In this document: positions 35,057-48,121 of the stretch, piece after piece
Position numbering within the stretch: the stretch's first letter is position 1
Layout: every line of letters begins with the position of its first letter
Notes under the pieces: generated by a model
Seen by the model: the letters and a program-made list of their open reading frames with translations, nothing else
Database searches by the model: none
What the model was told of the DNA's origin: nothing
NCBI GenBank assembly: GCA_002256025.1
Contig: NKIB01012903.1
Location: 1-64,000 of the forward strand
Origin: Asterionella formosa
Lineage: Eukaryota
Length of the DNA: 64,000 nucleotides
Reading direction: 5' to 3'
Program-made: the position numbers and the translations under genes

Positions 35057-36150
35057 GGTAACGATGATGATGACAAGGACGACCACAAGAACAATGTCAT
35101 GAGAAGATTTTATGTCAAAAATCAAGCATCATTCATGGCCGATCAGAAACACGAGTCACGAGGATTGTGGACTCGATTGAAATCCAACGAGTCAAATCTT
35201 GCATTACCATGCCAATCAGCTAGCTACTGGTATATTACAATATCAAAGATTGAAGATTTCTATGGAAATCTTATAAAGTGGAAATTCGAAGAGAGTCTCA
35301 CAATGACTTTCTGGGAAGAAAAGATGGAGGAAACATTTAATTTAGCTCATAATTTTATTAGAATATCAATTGAGGAAAGAGTGTGTGAATTGACAGGAAG
35401 GTCAATTAGGTTATCTAGGCAGCAGGCTAGGAGAAGCAGAGCAGAGGAAAAATAAGTGGTACTCCAGGTGGGAGTGCTACTACTGGTAGCATGTAAGAAT
35501 CCTCTATGTAAAGAGACCCAGTCCATGGGAAGGATCACAGATCTTTTCAACACACATCATGATATGATCTGTTTGCTATATGCAGGCTGAATCACCAGTT
35601 AAAAATGGCTTTGAGCCACGACATTGAATGGCTTTCTGCTACTATATGAAATAATATTCACAGTGTATCATACATACTATAGATTTTTCTAATTATCTTG
35701 TATGGAAACCAGGGTTTTAGTACTCCAACCAGGAGTATCTGGGTACTGGTATCACACCAGTCATTCAGTCGCATAAGTATAGAGGATAGTGAGCATGTAC
35801 TGATAGTAGACTATGTAGACTACAGATACTCTTGATACAAAATGGCTGCATTTAATTGTTATTCATCGAAGTTGCTGCAGAAGGCGGCAGTACTACATCA
35901 GGTGGTGCCAGGTATCCCTAGTCTGTTGTGATACTCAAATTGGTTCAATAATAGGTACCAGTAGGTGGCTGAAGCACATAATGGTAATCATACTCAATTG
36001 TGGTTTTGACCTAGAGTCTCATCTATTGTACTGATGGGTATCTTTCAACCCTCCCCAATACAATGGCAATTTGCTTTTTCTGATCCTTATAGAGATTCTC
36101 ATTTTGGATTCATACTGCCTTAACTAAGAATGGCAACTCCATTTGGAAAT

Positions 36151-38126
36151 TTAAACTAACTCAAGGCTGGGTGCATTCTTTGCTTTCAAGGAAGTCGATG
36201 AGTTCTTGGGAGTAAATGGATTTCCAAGGACCTTCCGCCGTTCATTCAAATGCCTAAGCAACTCCTGAACATTTTTGCGTCGTTTGGGCTTTGGCCGAGC
36301 ATAGTCAGGCAACGTTTCAGGGACAAAAATGGTAAAAATGAACAACGGAATCAAACTCATAATTCCCAGCATTCGAAAAGCAGCAGGGTATCCATAATCA
36401 GAGGCAAAGGCTTGCCCAAGGTATCCAGAGATTGTGCCTCCAAGGCACATGGCTCCAGTCGTAATACCCAGCATGAGAGAAAATCGACCTGATCCAATGG
36501 AAATGTCATTTGTAATCAACACGTAAAGGGTTCCGAAAATACCTGCACCAACCGAGTCCAGCAACTGTGTCGATAGTATAAGTGCCTTAATGACTCTTGC
36601 GTCAGATTCATCTGCCACCTTGTCATGGTATGATACTAGTCTCACGAGTAAAAAGCATCGAATCGGTAAACTGGCAAGCCCTGTAATGAACAATCTCTTT
36701 CGTCCCCAAATGGGAGAATAGTCCCCACAAAGCTTGGCGAAAAAGGTCATGAATGCTTGCGCAATCACTATGCACAGGCCCGACAACAATATTCCAGCTT
36801 GAGGGTCTTTCAAGGACAAAGACTGCATGACAAGTGGCAAAACACTTGAATTGGCCAAGTGAAAGAAAAAGACAACAGCGGTGAAAACCAACAAATTCTG
36901 ACCCATCAAGACAGTCAGAGGTGATTGCGCGCGCTTTCTGGGTTGGGAAGCCATAACTGGTGCCCTAGCCCATGCAAAATTGAAGGATGGACGAAAATCT
37001 AGTATTTTCGGGTTCGGTTTAGAATCGGGAGGAAACTCCTGGCTTATTTCTTCTTGTGGCTGCAATTCTTCGCTCGACACAGTCGATTCAGTGGTCTCAC
37101 TTCGTTCCTTCTTCGTTTCTTCCACTTTCTCGGGCGTAATGTAGGTTGGGGATGCATCGAGAATCTTATCTTCTCCATATATTTGCTCCTGTCCTTCGTT
37201 TCGCGGGGATTCACAGCTGGTCCTCCACACCAAATTTTTTGCCTCATCCATGTGTTCGTACTCTGTCATGGTGGGCGAAGTAATGATTAAACTCCTAGCA
37301 GCATCCGTGTTGATATGAGACCTTCTAATACGGCGTAGGTTGTAATACAGACCAATTGCAGCAATTGGACTAACAATAAACAATTGTCCAATGTTGGGAA
37401 ACAAAAAGTACGCAATCAAGGATCCAACTGCCACAATCAGCGCCGTTCCAGTGTGATTCATCATTCGATTCCTGGAAACTTGATGTGTAAAGCCACTCAA
37501 TCCAACTATACCCAAGGTTATACCATTAAACCCAGGTGGTAAAATCGCCGTAAGACATCCCTGTAGCATCTTGAGGACAATCATGAGTGCCATGTTTTCT
37601 CCAAAGTCCCTGGCGGCTAAAGCTGTAATGACAGTCAGGGTCGAGCATCCACATCCAGCCCAAATGACCCATTCAATTTTGCGATTACTGTAATCCATTA
37701 GGTAACCAGCGGGTGCCAAGGCTAGGAATTGGAAAAGGCTAAAGACAAAGAAAAGTACTCCGACTTGTTTCTCTGTAAATGATTTTGAAGATATCAAGAA
37801 TGCTGCTTGCATGTTCAGCTGTGTATGAATGATTAGGTTGATTGTGTGTGTACAGCGAGATGAGTAAGAAAATGCATTAGTGGACATGGTGAGTCTGATC
37901 CTGCCCTGTGTTTTTTTCATGTGGCCCAGTAGTCCGCACTTACCATGGGCAATCCATCTCTCATATCTCCCATAAAGAAGGCAACTTTTGGCAAAATAGG
38001 CCGCGCATCAATGGCTGTGTCGGAAAGCCATTCGTCCCTCTCGAAATGCAGCGGCCCTCGAGGAGGCTTCTCGTGCACTGTCGAGGACATGGCGGCATCG
38101 GAGTGACTTATTTCACCGTGCATCAT
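36151..38126 (-). CDS. MFS transporter, two exons (38126-37944, 37818-36151)
   Basis: A phase-0 GTAAGT...CAG intron (37943-37819, 125 bp) joins FFMGDMRDGLPM to LNMQAAFL. Motif A-like AGYLMDYSNRK and CGDYSPIWGRK, FFHLANS, and two TM bundles split by a long acidic loop. Confidence 0.9.
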
Positions 38127-39337
38127 GAGTCAAAATGTGAGGCATTGGCTGTTGGGGTGTGTGGGACAAAAACAAAGGAAATCACCTGTTTTCTGGATAC
38201 AACGCGCGAAAAATAACGACAAGTCTGGACTAACACGGAACGTCAGTGCCTATGTAGGGCTCTCGACTGGACGACCTACTACCGGTATCCTAGATCAATA
38301 AATGGACAAGGCACAAGGGGGCAATGAACGGCTGTTGAGACGAGTTTGGAGAGCGCTGATAAATTCAATCCAATCAACGATAGAGTTGTCGCTGAGAGAA
38401 GGAAGGAATGCTAACAAGTGACAAGAGTGCCTCCCAGTTCCACACAGAACTTGGGGTTTTAGGTAATACCTGTAATTGCCGGATACTCTTGTAGCCCCCC
38501 GTCACAATGCAGATAATTAATGTAAAGCCAGGACACGAATGCATGATACCTGGTACCGGTATTGCACCCAACGGAAAGAAAACGAAAATTATGGCTTTAC
38601 GTACATATCAAGGGATGTACAAGGACTTTTACCTGTGATTTAACCTCTTTTGAGTTTTTCTGTATCATTGCTCCTTATTTTCATGGTTTTCTTCGCCACG
38701 CGCACTTGGAACCCATCCTCTTTTCAATGTTTATATACGTGTATATTTATATTATAAAAGTGCCGCCGTTGCTTTGTTAACGAAAACCAAACCACAGCAT
38801 CTTCACCTGCAGGGCAGAAAAAAAGGGGAGTTTTCTCTCCCCAAAAATAGTACTATCAAGAAAAGAAGATGCTGACATACGCACCGCATGAGGATGTTTA
38901 TTGATCATGGTCTGATTATGATTAATACAGGACATAATGTAGACCGGTATTTTAACATTATATCCGCAGCTATCCATGCGAACGTAGACTACAATAATGA
39001 TTGAATCTACCTCACACCAATACATGCTGGGAGGCTGCTCGTGTGGTAGACTATCCGTATGTAGCACTGTATTTTCAATATTGGTAAGACGACAGTTTAA
39101 ATAAGATACCCTGGTAGTCTTCATGGTTACCTGCAAGTTGTGGTAATTTTGCTTCTTTGTGTACACATTCCCAAAACCCACAAATAGTTCCCAACTCTGT
39201 AGTCATTCAAAAATCAAAGGAATGAAACTTCTAACAGTTCTTGGTCTGCCTGCTGACAACAGGACATAATTTGATCAATTCAGACAATTAGGGACAAGAA
39301 GACAGGTCCTGACAAATTGGGGACTATATTAGTTTAA

Positions 39338-40337
39338 GGTCCCTGTATTTCAACCTAGATTAGAGTTAGGGTTATAAACAAAAATTAAGTCAGAGATTTC
39401 ACCAATGTGCACCATTTCCATGTGCTTAGATACAGTCTTCTGACAAAGTAGAGGTATAGGCCAATGCTATATATATATTGTCAGGATATAGGATCTGTCG
39501 AGAAAGTGCAGAAAGGAGCTTCGGTTTTTCATTATGCTGAAAATAGTGAATGATACTACTAGGCCAACTCGTTTATTTAGCCTAGCTGAAAAACCAAAAG
39601 TTCCTTTCTGCACTTTTTGCCGAAAGTTAACGTCTGGGGCTATATGAAGCTGACCTATGTACTCAACACTTCTTCAAACCCTGCCAACGTTGGGCTATCC
39701 TCGTTCGAAAATTCGACAATATTGGCCTGCTTTTCAACGGTCTCCAAAATGTTGGAATTAGAATCACCAATCGCCGAAATGTCATCATCGGAATAAGAGT
39801 CTTGTGATTCAATTTTTCGTCCTACAATCTTCTGTGCAACAAATTCTACTTAAGTGCTCAATTCACTATAAATTTTTTGATTGGTCAAGTTCAATTACTT
39901 ACCGATATTTGATTGGCCCAGTTTGTAAGGTCTTGCAAACCCACACCGGACACACTGGATACACAATTAAAATTTTCTTGGGTGATTGGAGTTACGCCAG
40001 TACGACCATATCCACTACTGGTACCAGTAGATGATTATCATTTGACATATGCGTACTACCACTCCTAGGGTGCACTGCAAATAATTGCTGAGCCGCTGGG
40101 TCTATTAACACATAAACCGTCGATCAGTGAGTAGTGTTTATACCGGTATATATAGAGAGATGTACAATCTTTATCTATATATTTAGCAAATTCGAAAAGG
40201 GATCTATGCACATACGCGCATATTTTTACTGAAATCATGTCATTTAAATATAGCTCGTAAAAGTTCTTCTTTCCAAGGAATTTCGGCAACCCTAAGCAAT
40301 TTTATAATTCTTGCCTAAGGGTTGAAATGCAGAAACC
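39338..40337 (-). mobile_element. Non-autonomous 1.0-kb derivative of the TTAA-flanked DNA transposon
   Basis: TTAA|ggtccctgtatttcaacc ... ggttgaaatgcagaaacc|TTTA gives imperfect 18-bp TIRs. About 39340-39960 is the reverse complement of about 18920-19597. Confidence 0.85.
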
Positions 40338-40400
40338 TTTAGCAAATGGACTTAAGGTTTCAGCAAAATTTTGCTTGAACTAGACAAACATAGTCCTTAA

Positions 40401-42195
40401 GGTTCCTGCATTTCAACCCTTAGGCAAAAATTATTATATTGCTAAGGGTTGCCGAAATTCCCTGGAACTAAGAATTTATGGGAGCTATTTTTAAATGACA
40501 TGATTCCGTTTGAATTATTCAAATCAGTGGAAATTTGCGCGTACGTACCTAGATTCCTTTTTGAAATAGCTAAATATATATAGACATTGTGCATTACTGT
40601 ATGTATATGTACCGACAATTATTTTTCTTATAGATGACCCGGCGGCTCGGCAAATATTTAAAAGTGTAATCAACGAGTGGTACCAGGTACCACACGTTTG
40701 ATGTCCAATGATGATAATCTACTGGTACCCGCACTGGATATAGTACCAGTAAAAACTGCCATGACCCATTGAGAATATTTTTGAACTGCCGTGACCCATT
40801 GAACGCAGAATAACACGTTTTGCAATCAAAACTTAAATAAAAATAGATTTTGAGAGTTCTGGCTCCTTCCCGAGCATGTAGGCTAGTCAGCCATGTAATT
40901 AGTTTGAGATTTGGAGCAAATTGTTCATCTCGATAGATTGCCTGAAATGGTCGATCGACCGAAAAACCATAAAGAACACGGATTAGGGTAATTTTAGAAG
41001 TTACCGCATCATATGATATTAGACGATCAATATAATGATTTGAACCTTCATCTCATTTGCGACAATATAGTATATCTTATCTTGGTTTTGACTTCTGCGG
41101 AGATGGAAAATTATTTAGGCGTCATCATCATGCAAATGCGTTATGTATGATTTCGGGTATACCAGGTACGGAGTACATACCAAGTTTTCATCGTACCTTT
41201 CTAATAACACGCATGACAAGTGCTTTAACACATGACTTAATCCGTCCTCGAAAATGTCTATAAATTTATATTCGTTTATCTAGAAAAAAGTATATACTGC
41301 CATGACTTATTGAAATCACTTTTAAGCTGTTTTATTATCATCATATCTTCTGATGAAATCGTTCTATCAGAATTCTAACACGACAGCTTGATTGATCGAT
41401 GCAGCTTTGACACTTTCGAACAAACGGAACCGCAATTCGGTAGAATTTACCATCAGTCGGAGGAGTTAAACAAACACCCTAACTCAATGAGTCATGGCAG
41501 TTTTTTACTGGTACCGGCCTACCGGAACACCCAAAGAAATGTTACACGTGTATCCAATGTGGCCGGTGTGGGTTTGCAATTCCTCTCACAATCAAACGGA
41601 GTCGAGTTTTTCGCCATAGCTAATCAGGACATATATAATACTGCGCGCATTTACAATGGAATTTTTGATACTGGAAATTTTATCACTAAATATTGCATCA
41701 CAAGACTACCATTCCAATGATGACATTTCGGCGCTAAGTGGTTCTGATTCCGATATTTCGGAGACCGTAGAAAAGGCCGATTTTGTCGAATTTTTAGACA
41801 ATGATAGATCAACGTTGGCTGGGTCTGAAACCGATTTAGATACATAGGTAACCTTCAAATAGCATCGGTATATAAATTACTTCTGGCGAGAAACTGCAGA
41901 AAGGAGCTTCGGTTTATTTACTATGCCAAGCAAATAAAGTGATTTCCCCCGAAATTTCTGGTCTTTATAGCATAGTTCAAAAACCGAAGTTCCTTTCTGC
42001 AATTTCTCGCCAGATCCAATATCCTGACGATATATAGCGTTGACCTGTGCCCCTAATTTTGTCAATGACTGTATCCAAGCTTATGGAATGGGTGTATATT
42101 GGTGAAATCTCCGTTTAGCGTTATACATATTCAATTTATACGTGAAAAGTATGTGTTTGATTAGTCTGACTCAATATTAATTTTTAAACCCTACC
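40401..42195 (+). mobile_element. Internally deleted derivative of the same transposon family, right terminus lost
   Basis: Starts TTAA|ggttcctgcatttcaaccc. A remnant LEVTASYDI lies near 40995, and 41550-42195 aligns with 18920-19570. Confidence 0.82.
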
Positions 42196-42281
42196 TCGAG
42201 CAAGCAACCTTTTATATGTGTTTGATTAGTCTGACTCAATATTAATTTTTAAACCCTACCTCGAGCAAGCAACCTTTTATA
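42150..42281. repeat. Perfect 65-bp tandem duplication
   Basis: tatgtgtttgattagtctgactcaatattaatttttaaaccctacctcgagcaagcaacctttta occurs twice, at 42150 and 42215. Confidence 0.95.
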
Positions 42282-43311
42282 TTTTTCATTATCATCCACT
42301 GGTCAAATGGATAATAACTGCTTTTTTGAAACCAAGAACGATGCATTGAGCATGGTGTGACAATGGGTATCAAAAATAATATGTACCAGTAATGTGTATT
42401 TCCGGTATATTTAATTCCTTGAACATGACTCCGTGCTACATAGGATCTTTGACAATTTTATTTAATTCTTAGATAGAACACAAGTATCGCTAGCAAGAAG
42501 TACTAAAACAATTGTTGACATAGCTTTGATATTCATTGCAAATTACAATATCTCCGTGAATTATTGCCTGATCAAGAAGCAAATTGTTCATTCAAAAACG
42601 TCGGACATCAAATAGCCAGAGACTACAATTTACTGAAAACAACAATTGATTTATACATAATGATTCATCTCTTTACAAATGGCATATCATGATTGTCATT
42701 TAAATTGTTACTACTCCCGATAATGATGGTAGTAAAGACGATTCTGGAACATACATGTAAATATATATTCTATATCAAATAGAGATAGAAATATCCCAAA
42801 CATTTATGGATTTTCATTGCCTATGTACATCATTAGCTGTTGGTAATCATACTCTATTTATCTTCTTGCACCTCTAACCCCAACGGAATCTTGTTCTACG
42901 CCCAATCTCGTCTTAATAGAAGGTTTTGGATTGGAGGAATAAGTGTCACCCTAAAATACTGCAAGTTCCAGCCAAATTGTGTTCCAGTGGAAAAGTATTC
43001 AAAACATTCATGCTACAAATGAAAGAAAACCGTTTTAAGAGCTGGTCAACATATTTATTCAAGTATTGGAACAGCAGGCATGTATATCCGCCATTCTAAA
43101 ATCTTCCATTTTTCCACCTGATTAGCCTATTGTTGCCTCAAAAACTTTTTGATGCCACAAAATTATTAGTTCATTACTGAATTCTACCCTTTATTTATCA
43201 TCCCTTTCGATGTTCCCATAATAATAGTTGTTTTCGATGATACTCCACTACTTATATTTGGTTTCAGGTCAAATGCAACTTTAGTTATTTATCTTGGTGA
43301 CAATTTAAGTA

Positions 43312-43555
43312 GGTAAATGGCTTATTGGTTAGCACACCTCATGAGATGGCGGGTTCGATTCCTGAATTCTCCACCTGTCGTTCTTCTATGTACTCCCTAG
43401 GGTTCCGCGGTGTGTGGCTGACGAGGAGACAGGTCCTGTTGTACCGTGCAGACATATAAAACCATTACTAATTGCGTCCATTTATTTTCGGCACGATTGC
43501 GATTATTGCATACTAGCTTTAACGTACTATAAGATTTGATTGAAAACTTTTTGGA
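43312..43555 (+). mobile_element. tRNA-derived SINE-like element, family 2
   Basis: Head ggtaaatggcttattggttagcac...gggttcgattcc carries A and B boxes. Flanked by a perfect GACAATTTAAGTA at 43299-43311 and 43556-43568. Confidence 0.72.
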
Positions 43556-44081
43556 GACAATTTAAGTAATATTGAACTAAGTCTATCTTGTGACAGCAGC
43601 CTACTTGTTGTTTTTTGACAATTCTCATACATAAAATATGTAGGTCATACAATACTTGCTGGCTATGAAGCTGTGTCAACGTTATGACAAGGGTGTTGCT
43701 GATCAACAAAGGCATGACAATGATGTGACAATTTGGAACAGTTAAAAATTGAATTATAAATCAATAATTGGTTTTGAATTTTATCTCGGGTATATTACAG
43801 TAAATCGTAGATTGATACATCTGTTGTTCGAAAATGTCGTGTCTTGATGTGACAAAGAGGTATCGAGAAATCTTAGTCAGTGTCGAGCGCCATTGTAAGA
43901 TTTCCGAATTAACATATTCGACTATGTATAAACGAATACAGAAAATTCAAATGAAAATTGTTTCATATTATACTAGCGAATAATCTATTCTACACACTAA
44001 TAATAACATAGCTTCATGTTAGAAGATCAACAGATTTCATTTGTTTCGATGGTTGTCATGATAGTAATGTCGGCAAAGTAA

Positions 44082-44190
44082 ATGATTTTTCAGTTGAAGT
44101 TTTGTCCCATTGCTGAGGACAAGCTAATCCAAAGGTTCAAGACACATCGCTGTGCAATGGACTTTGATTTCAAGTTTGTTATGAACAAAT
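44082..44190 (+). pseudogene. Possible C-terminal remnant of a DDE transposase
   Basis: IQRFKTHRCAMDFDFKFV resembles a C-terminal motif I recall from diatom transposase-like proteins. The surrounding sequence is not readable. Confidence 0.3.
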
Positions 44191-44981
44191 TGAACAACAA
44201 TATACCTAGCTATAATGGAGCATCAGAGACTGTTCCTTCTGCGATCATAAATTATCTACATTTCATATATATATTGTATGTACAATTTCTCGTGACTGCT
44301 AATTATTTACATACTAGAACTACGGTAGCTACTCAATGTATTCAGGATGCATGTAGAGTAGTACATACCGGCATATCGGACCACCATTCTTGTGTACCAG
44401 GTACCAGGTACTAGATACTGTATGATGACTCTACATTTCCATGATGAAACGGCAGGCTTGCGTCAGCAACATCCGCTAACCGGCAGACAATGGCATACCG
44501 GTAATTCTGTTTTATGTTTTTTGACCGAACACCGTTCCAACCACGACTTCGGAGAAAGGACTGCTGGTACCAGTACCTGATAAAACAAAGAAGCAAGAAT
44601 GACACAATGAGATACGGGACACAACTGATGATGTGGTTGAGTCTTTTTTCCAATGCGACAAACATGAAATTGTCGTTCCCTGTCCGTACTACGGACATCT
44701 GTGCTGTACTCACCAAGAGGTACCTCGTGCCAGTACCGAAAACTTCATGATACGGCGACGTAGTAAAATATGATTGGTTTGCTTTCGTGGCTGTACGTGC
44801 TGAGCAGAACTATCGCTCTGGGATGTGAGTACCAGCATGAATCAGTCGTACTTGGCTTGTATATATAGATGAAGAAAGAAAATTATGTGGTTCATACCCG
44901 ATCACAATTTTGGAATTGTTTCCCCGGAACAAACAACAAATAGACCCTCTCGATCCGAATAATAGCTATTATTCATCAATC

Positions 44982-46358
44982 ATGTCCAGGACCCTAGGAA
45001 GCAGAGTATCACAACGCGAAGATTCTAATGACTTGCAGCCGGCAGATCTTGAAGGTCAAACGGCTCACAATGCTTCGAATCAACATTCCGCTGATTTTGG
45101 TCCCGACGATTGCAGTTCTGAGGATCACAATGATGATGCAACGAAGGAAGAATTGTCTGAGCCCAGAATTATCAAACCCAACTGGACTAGAACGATATAT
45201 TTGCTTATTGCACTGGCCTCACTTGTTGGAGTCGGCTATGGTATGTATGTCTTTTTGGAAAGCAAGGGCATTGTACTGAAGCCGACCAACACTGCTGAAA
45301 GCGCAAATACCGGTAACCAAGTTGAGATTACAAGGGAGGAACTGGCGCTTCACAATACCGCGGCTGACTGTTGGCTTGAAATATATGGCAGTGTCTACAA
45401 CTTGACTGAGTATGCTGGCAAACATCCAGGGGGTGCGTCGCTGATTACAAGTTTGGCTGGAATGGAAGCCACGGAACAGTTTAGCAATATTCATAATGAG
45501 AAATTGCTGCAAACCATTTCATATACAAAGATTGGAAAACTGGTTGCTTCTGTATCAATCTCAACGGGAAACACGACAGGCTCGGGAACAACAGGACAAG
45601 GATCATCCACATCTACTCAAATTTCCATGTCTGAGCTTGCAATACATTCTACGAATGACGACCTATGGCTTGCCATTCACGGAGTCGTGTACGACTTGAC
45701 AAGCTATAACCATCCTGGTGGTCGAAGTTACCTGATCAACTATGCAGGGACAGATGCGACAGACAAATTCGACGCAGTTCATAAGTTGAGTTATCTGGAT
45801 GCTTATATCAAGAATCGGGCTGTTGGCACATTGGCCCAAGGAAATACAATAAGCACAGCTACCAATGCTCCCACAAACAACGTTTTCAGCCAACCGTCAG
45901 TTACACCCATCACTTTTCAAGCTCCTGTACAAGCTCCTGTACAAGATCCCGAAGAGACTCCTGAAGAAGATCCCGAAGAAGACCCTGAAGATGATCCTGA
46001 AGAAGATCCCGAAGAAGATACTGAACAAGCACCTGTAACACCACCGGTAGCACCTCCAGTTGCAGCACCGGTAAAAAATCCAACTACAAGGTGCTATGTC
46101 AAACAATATACACTTCAAGACGTGGCAAACAATGGTAGCTCCCTCTGGATGGCTTTGTATGGACAAATCTATTCGTTTCAGGGGTTTCGGCATCCTGGAG
46201 GTGATAGTTACATCCAAACAGCAGCGGGGACAGATGCAGTACAATTTTTCGAGACGGTTCATAAGCAAAGTCTTTTATACGATAGCAGCAAAGGAGCTCA
46301 AAACTACTGGATTGGAGAGCTGGCAAATGTCACAGGACAACGAGAAGTGGCATGTTAG
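44982..46358 (+). CDS. Membrane-anchored protein with three cytochrome b5 heme-binding domains
   Basis: TM helix IYLLIALASLVGVGYGMYVFL, then three W..I.G.(V/I)Y...HPGG...AG.(D/E)A..F..H units and an EEDP-repeat linker. ATG at 44982. Confidence 0.92.
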   Translation: MSRTLGSRVSQREDSNDLQPADLEGQTAHNASNQHSADFGPDDCSSEDHNDDATKEELSEPRIIKPNWTRTIYLLIALASLVGVGYGMYVFLESKGIVLKPTNTAESANTGNQVEITREELALHNTAADCWLEIYGSVYNLTEYAGKHPGGASLITSLAGMEATEQFSNIHNEKLLQTISYTKIGKLVASVSISTGNTTGSGTTGQGSSTSTQISMSELAIHSTNDDLWLAIHGVVYDLTSYNHPGGRSYLINYAGTDATDKFDAVHKLSYLDAYIKNRAVGTLAQGNTISTATNAPTNNVFSQPSVTPITFQAPVQAPVQDPEETPEEDPEEDPEDDPEEDPEEDTEQAPVTPPVAPPVAAPVKNPTTRCYVKQYTLQDVANNGSSLWMALYGQIYSFQGFRHPGGDSYIQTAAGTDAVQFFETVHKQSLLYDSSKGAQNYWIGELANVTGQREVAC

Positions 46359-48121
46359 TGTGTCGTGAGCCTGAGAAAGTAGCTATGGAAATTAGTTCTT
46401 CATTGTTATTCGATAATGTGAAGTTACTTAAATTATGTAATTGTCTCATTTAAACCACTATTGTTTAAGTTAGAAATGTAGCGGCTTGATTGTAACAGCT
46501 GGTTTTGCAAGAGCACGTATCATGCCACTATACACTCAGTTGTAATTATTTGGTTCCCAAATCGCATTTGTTGGCGCTACAGGGACTGAGATTTATTATT
46601 AACCATTTGCTCATTGCAGATACCATACCGATCAAAGTATTAGTACTACTATTTACTCTTATCCATCTCTCGCTCTCTGTGCTTCTTGTACTATTACTTT
46701 TTAACATTTATAATTAGTCAAGTGATCAACCAATTACATTCCTTCATGATAGGGTACTACCTTCCTTTACTTTGTCCTTGAACTCATAAACTATGACTGT
46801 TAACATGCACCCAACATAGGTTGAATAACACACTGTTTCTTTTATTGTAATCACATTGAAGGCATGCGGAAACAGTAGGAAATGGGGTAAAAAGTCCCAA
46901 CCAAGTGCGTTCAATTTTGTACCACTGTAGGCCTACATAAATAATAGATTCACTACGAATGTCTAGTAGCCTGCTTAGGTACCAGGTACCACAGGTACCA
47001 CCAGTACCTGGGACCTGGTAACTGCTGAGAGTTGAGAGTATGTTACCATGGTACCTGTACCAGGTACGAGGTACTGGTAACCTGTGCTCGTCATCTACAT
47101 ACCGGTTGCGATGACCAACAGTCGACTAAACACATGATTTCATTCTGCTATAATGAGCTGGACAGTATAGACTATTTGGATGACCAATAGTTTGAATCAA
47201 ACAATCAATGGTTATACACTCATGATCAATAAGTGTGAGATAGACATGGGTCTATCTATGATTTTATGTTCTGACAAATGCAAACAGCATTTGGAAAAAT
47301 AGTTTGTTTGATTACTCAAACTGAACAAACCTAACTAGTTTGCTTAGTAACTCACAATAAGAATCTAGAAACGTAATAATGTCTCAATCTATAGTCTTCT
47401 TTGTCTAACGATAGATCTATCAACTGAAAGGTAATGCTTTAACACCATGTAGTATATTAGAGGCTGTGTGGACGAGGTATACCAGGTAGCTCTGTGGGTA
47501 TTCGCTTCTCTCATATGAAGAATGATCAGGATGAATCAAGAAACTACAAGCCCAGACATGTGTTTACAAATCCTGAGGATTTTGCAGTGTGTCCAATCAC
47601 TGCTTTGTTTGAGTACATGTGTGTCAACCCAGATAGTATCCAAAACCCAGATGGGCCACTCTTTCCAGGTGCAAATCAAGAGGATCGCTTTAGAAAGATT
47701 CTCAAGCACCTTTTCAAGAAGCATGAGAGGAATTTAGATGGGTATGATATTGATGAACTAGGCACCCACAGCATACGCAAAGGTGCAACAACTTATGCTT
47801 CCAGTGGATCAATAGCAAGCCCATCAAGTGTTGCCATTAATAACCGTGGGGGTTGGACTCTAGGCAGTGTCAGAGATGTCTATATGCTGTATGAAAAAGC
47901 AGGTGACCATTATGTTGGTCGCATTTTAGCTGGGTTACCATTACTCTCAGCTTGGTATCCTGTTTCTGAGCTAAATTTTTGGGTGAAATGCCCATGTAAT
48001 GATAGTGCCATACAAGACCAGTTGATTCTTGATGGAAAGGTTCTTGCTGGCTTGTGGGCCTTATTTGGTGATGTGCTTCATCGACAAGTAGCTCTCATTC
48101 CATTTCTACAAGTGAGTCTTG

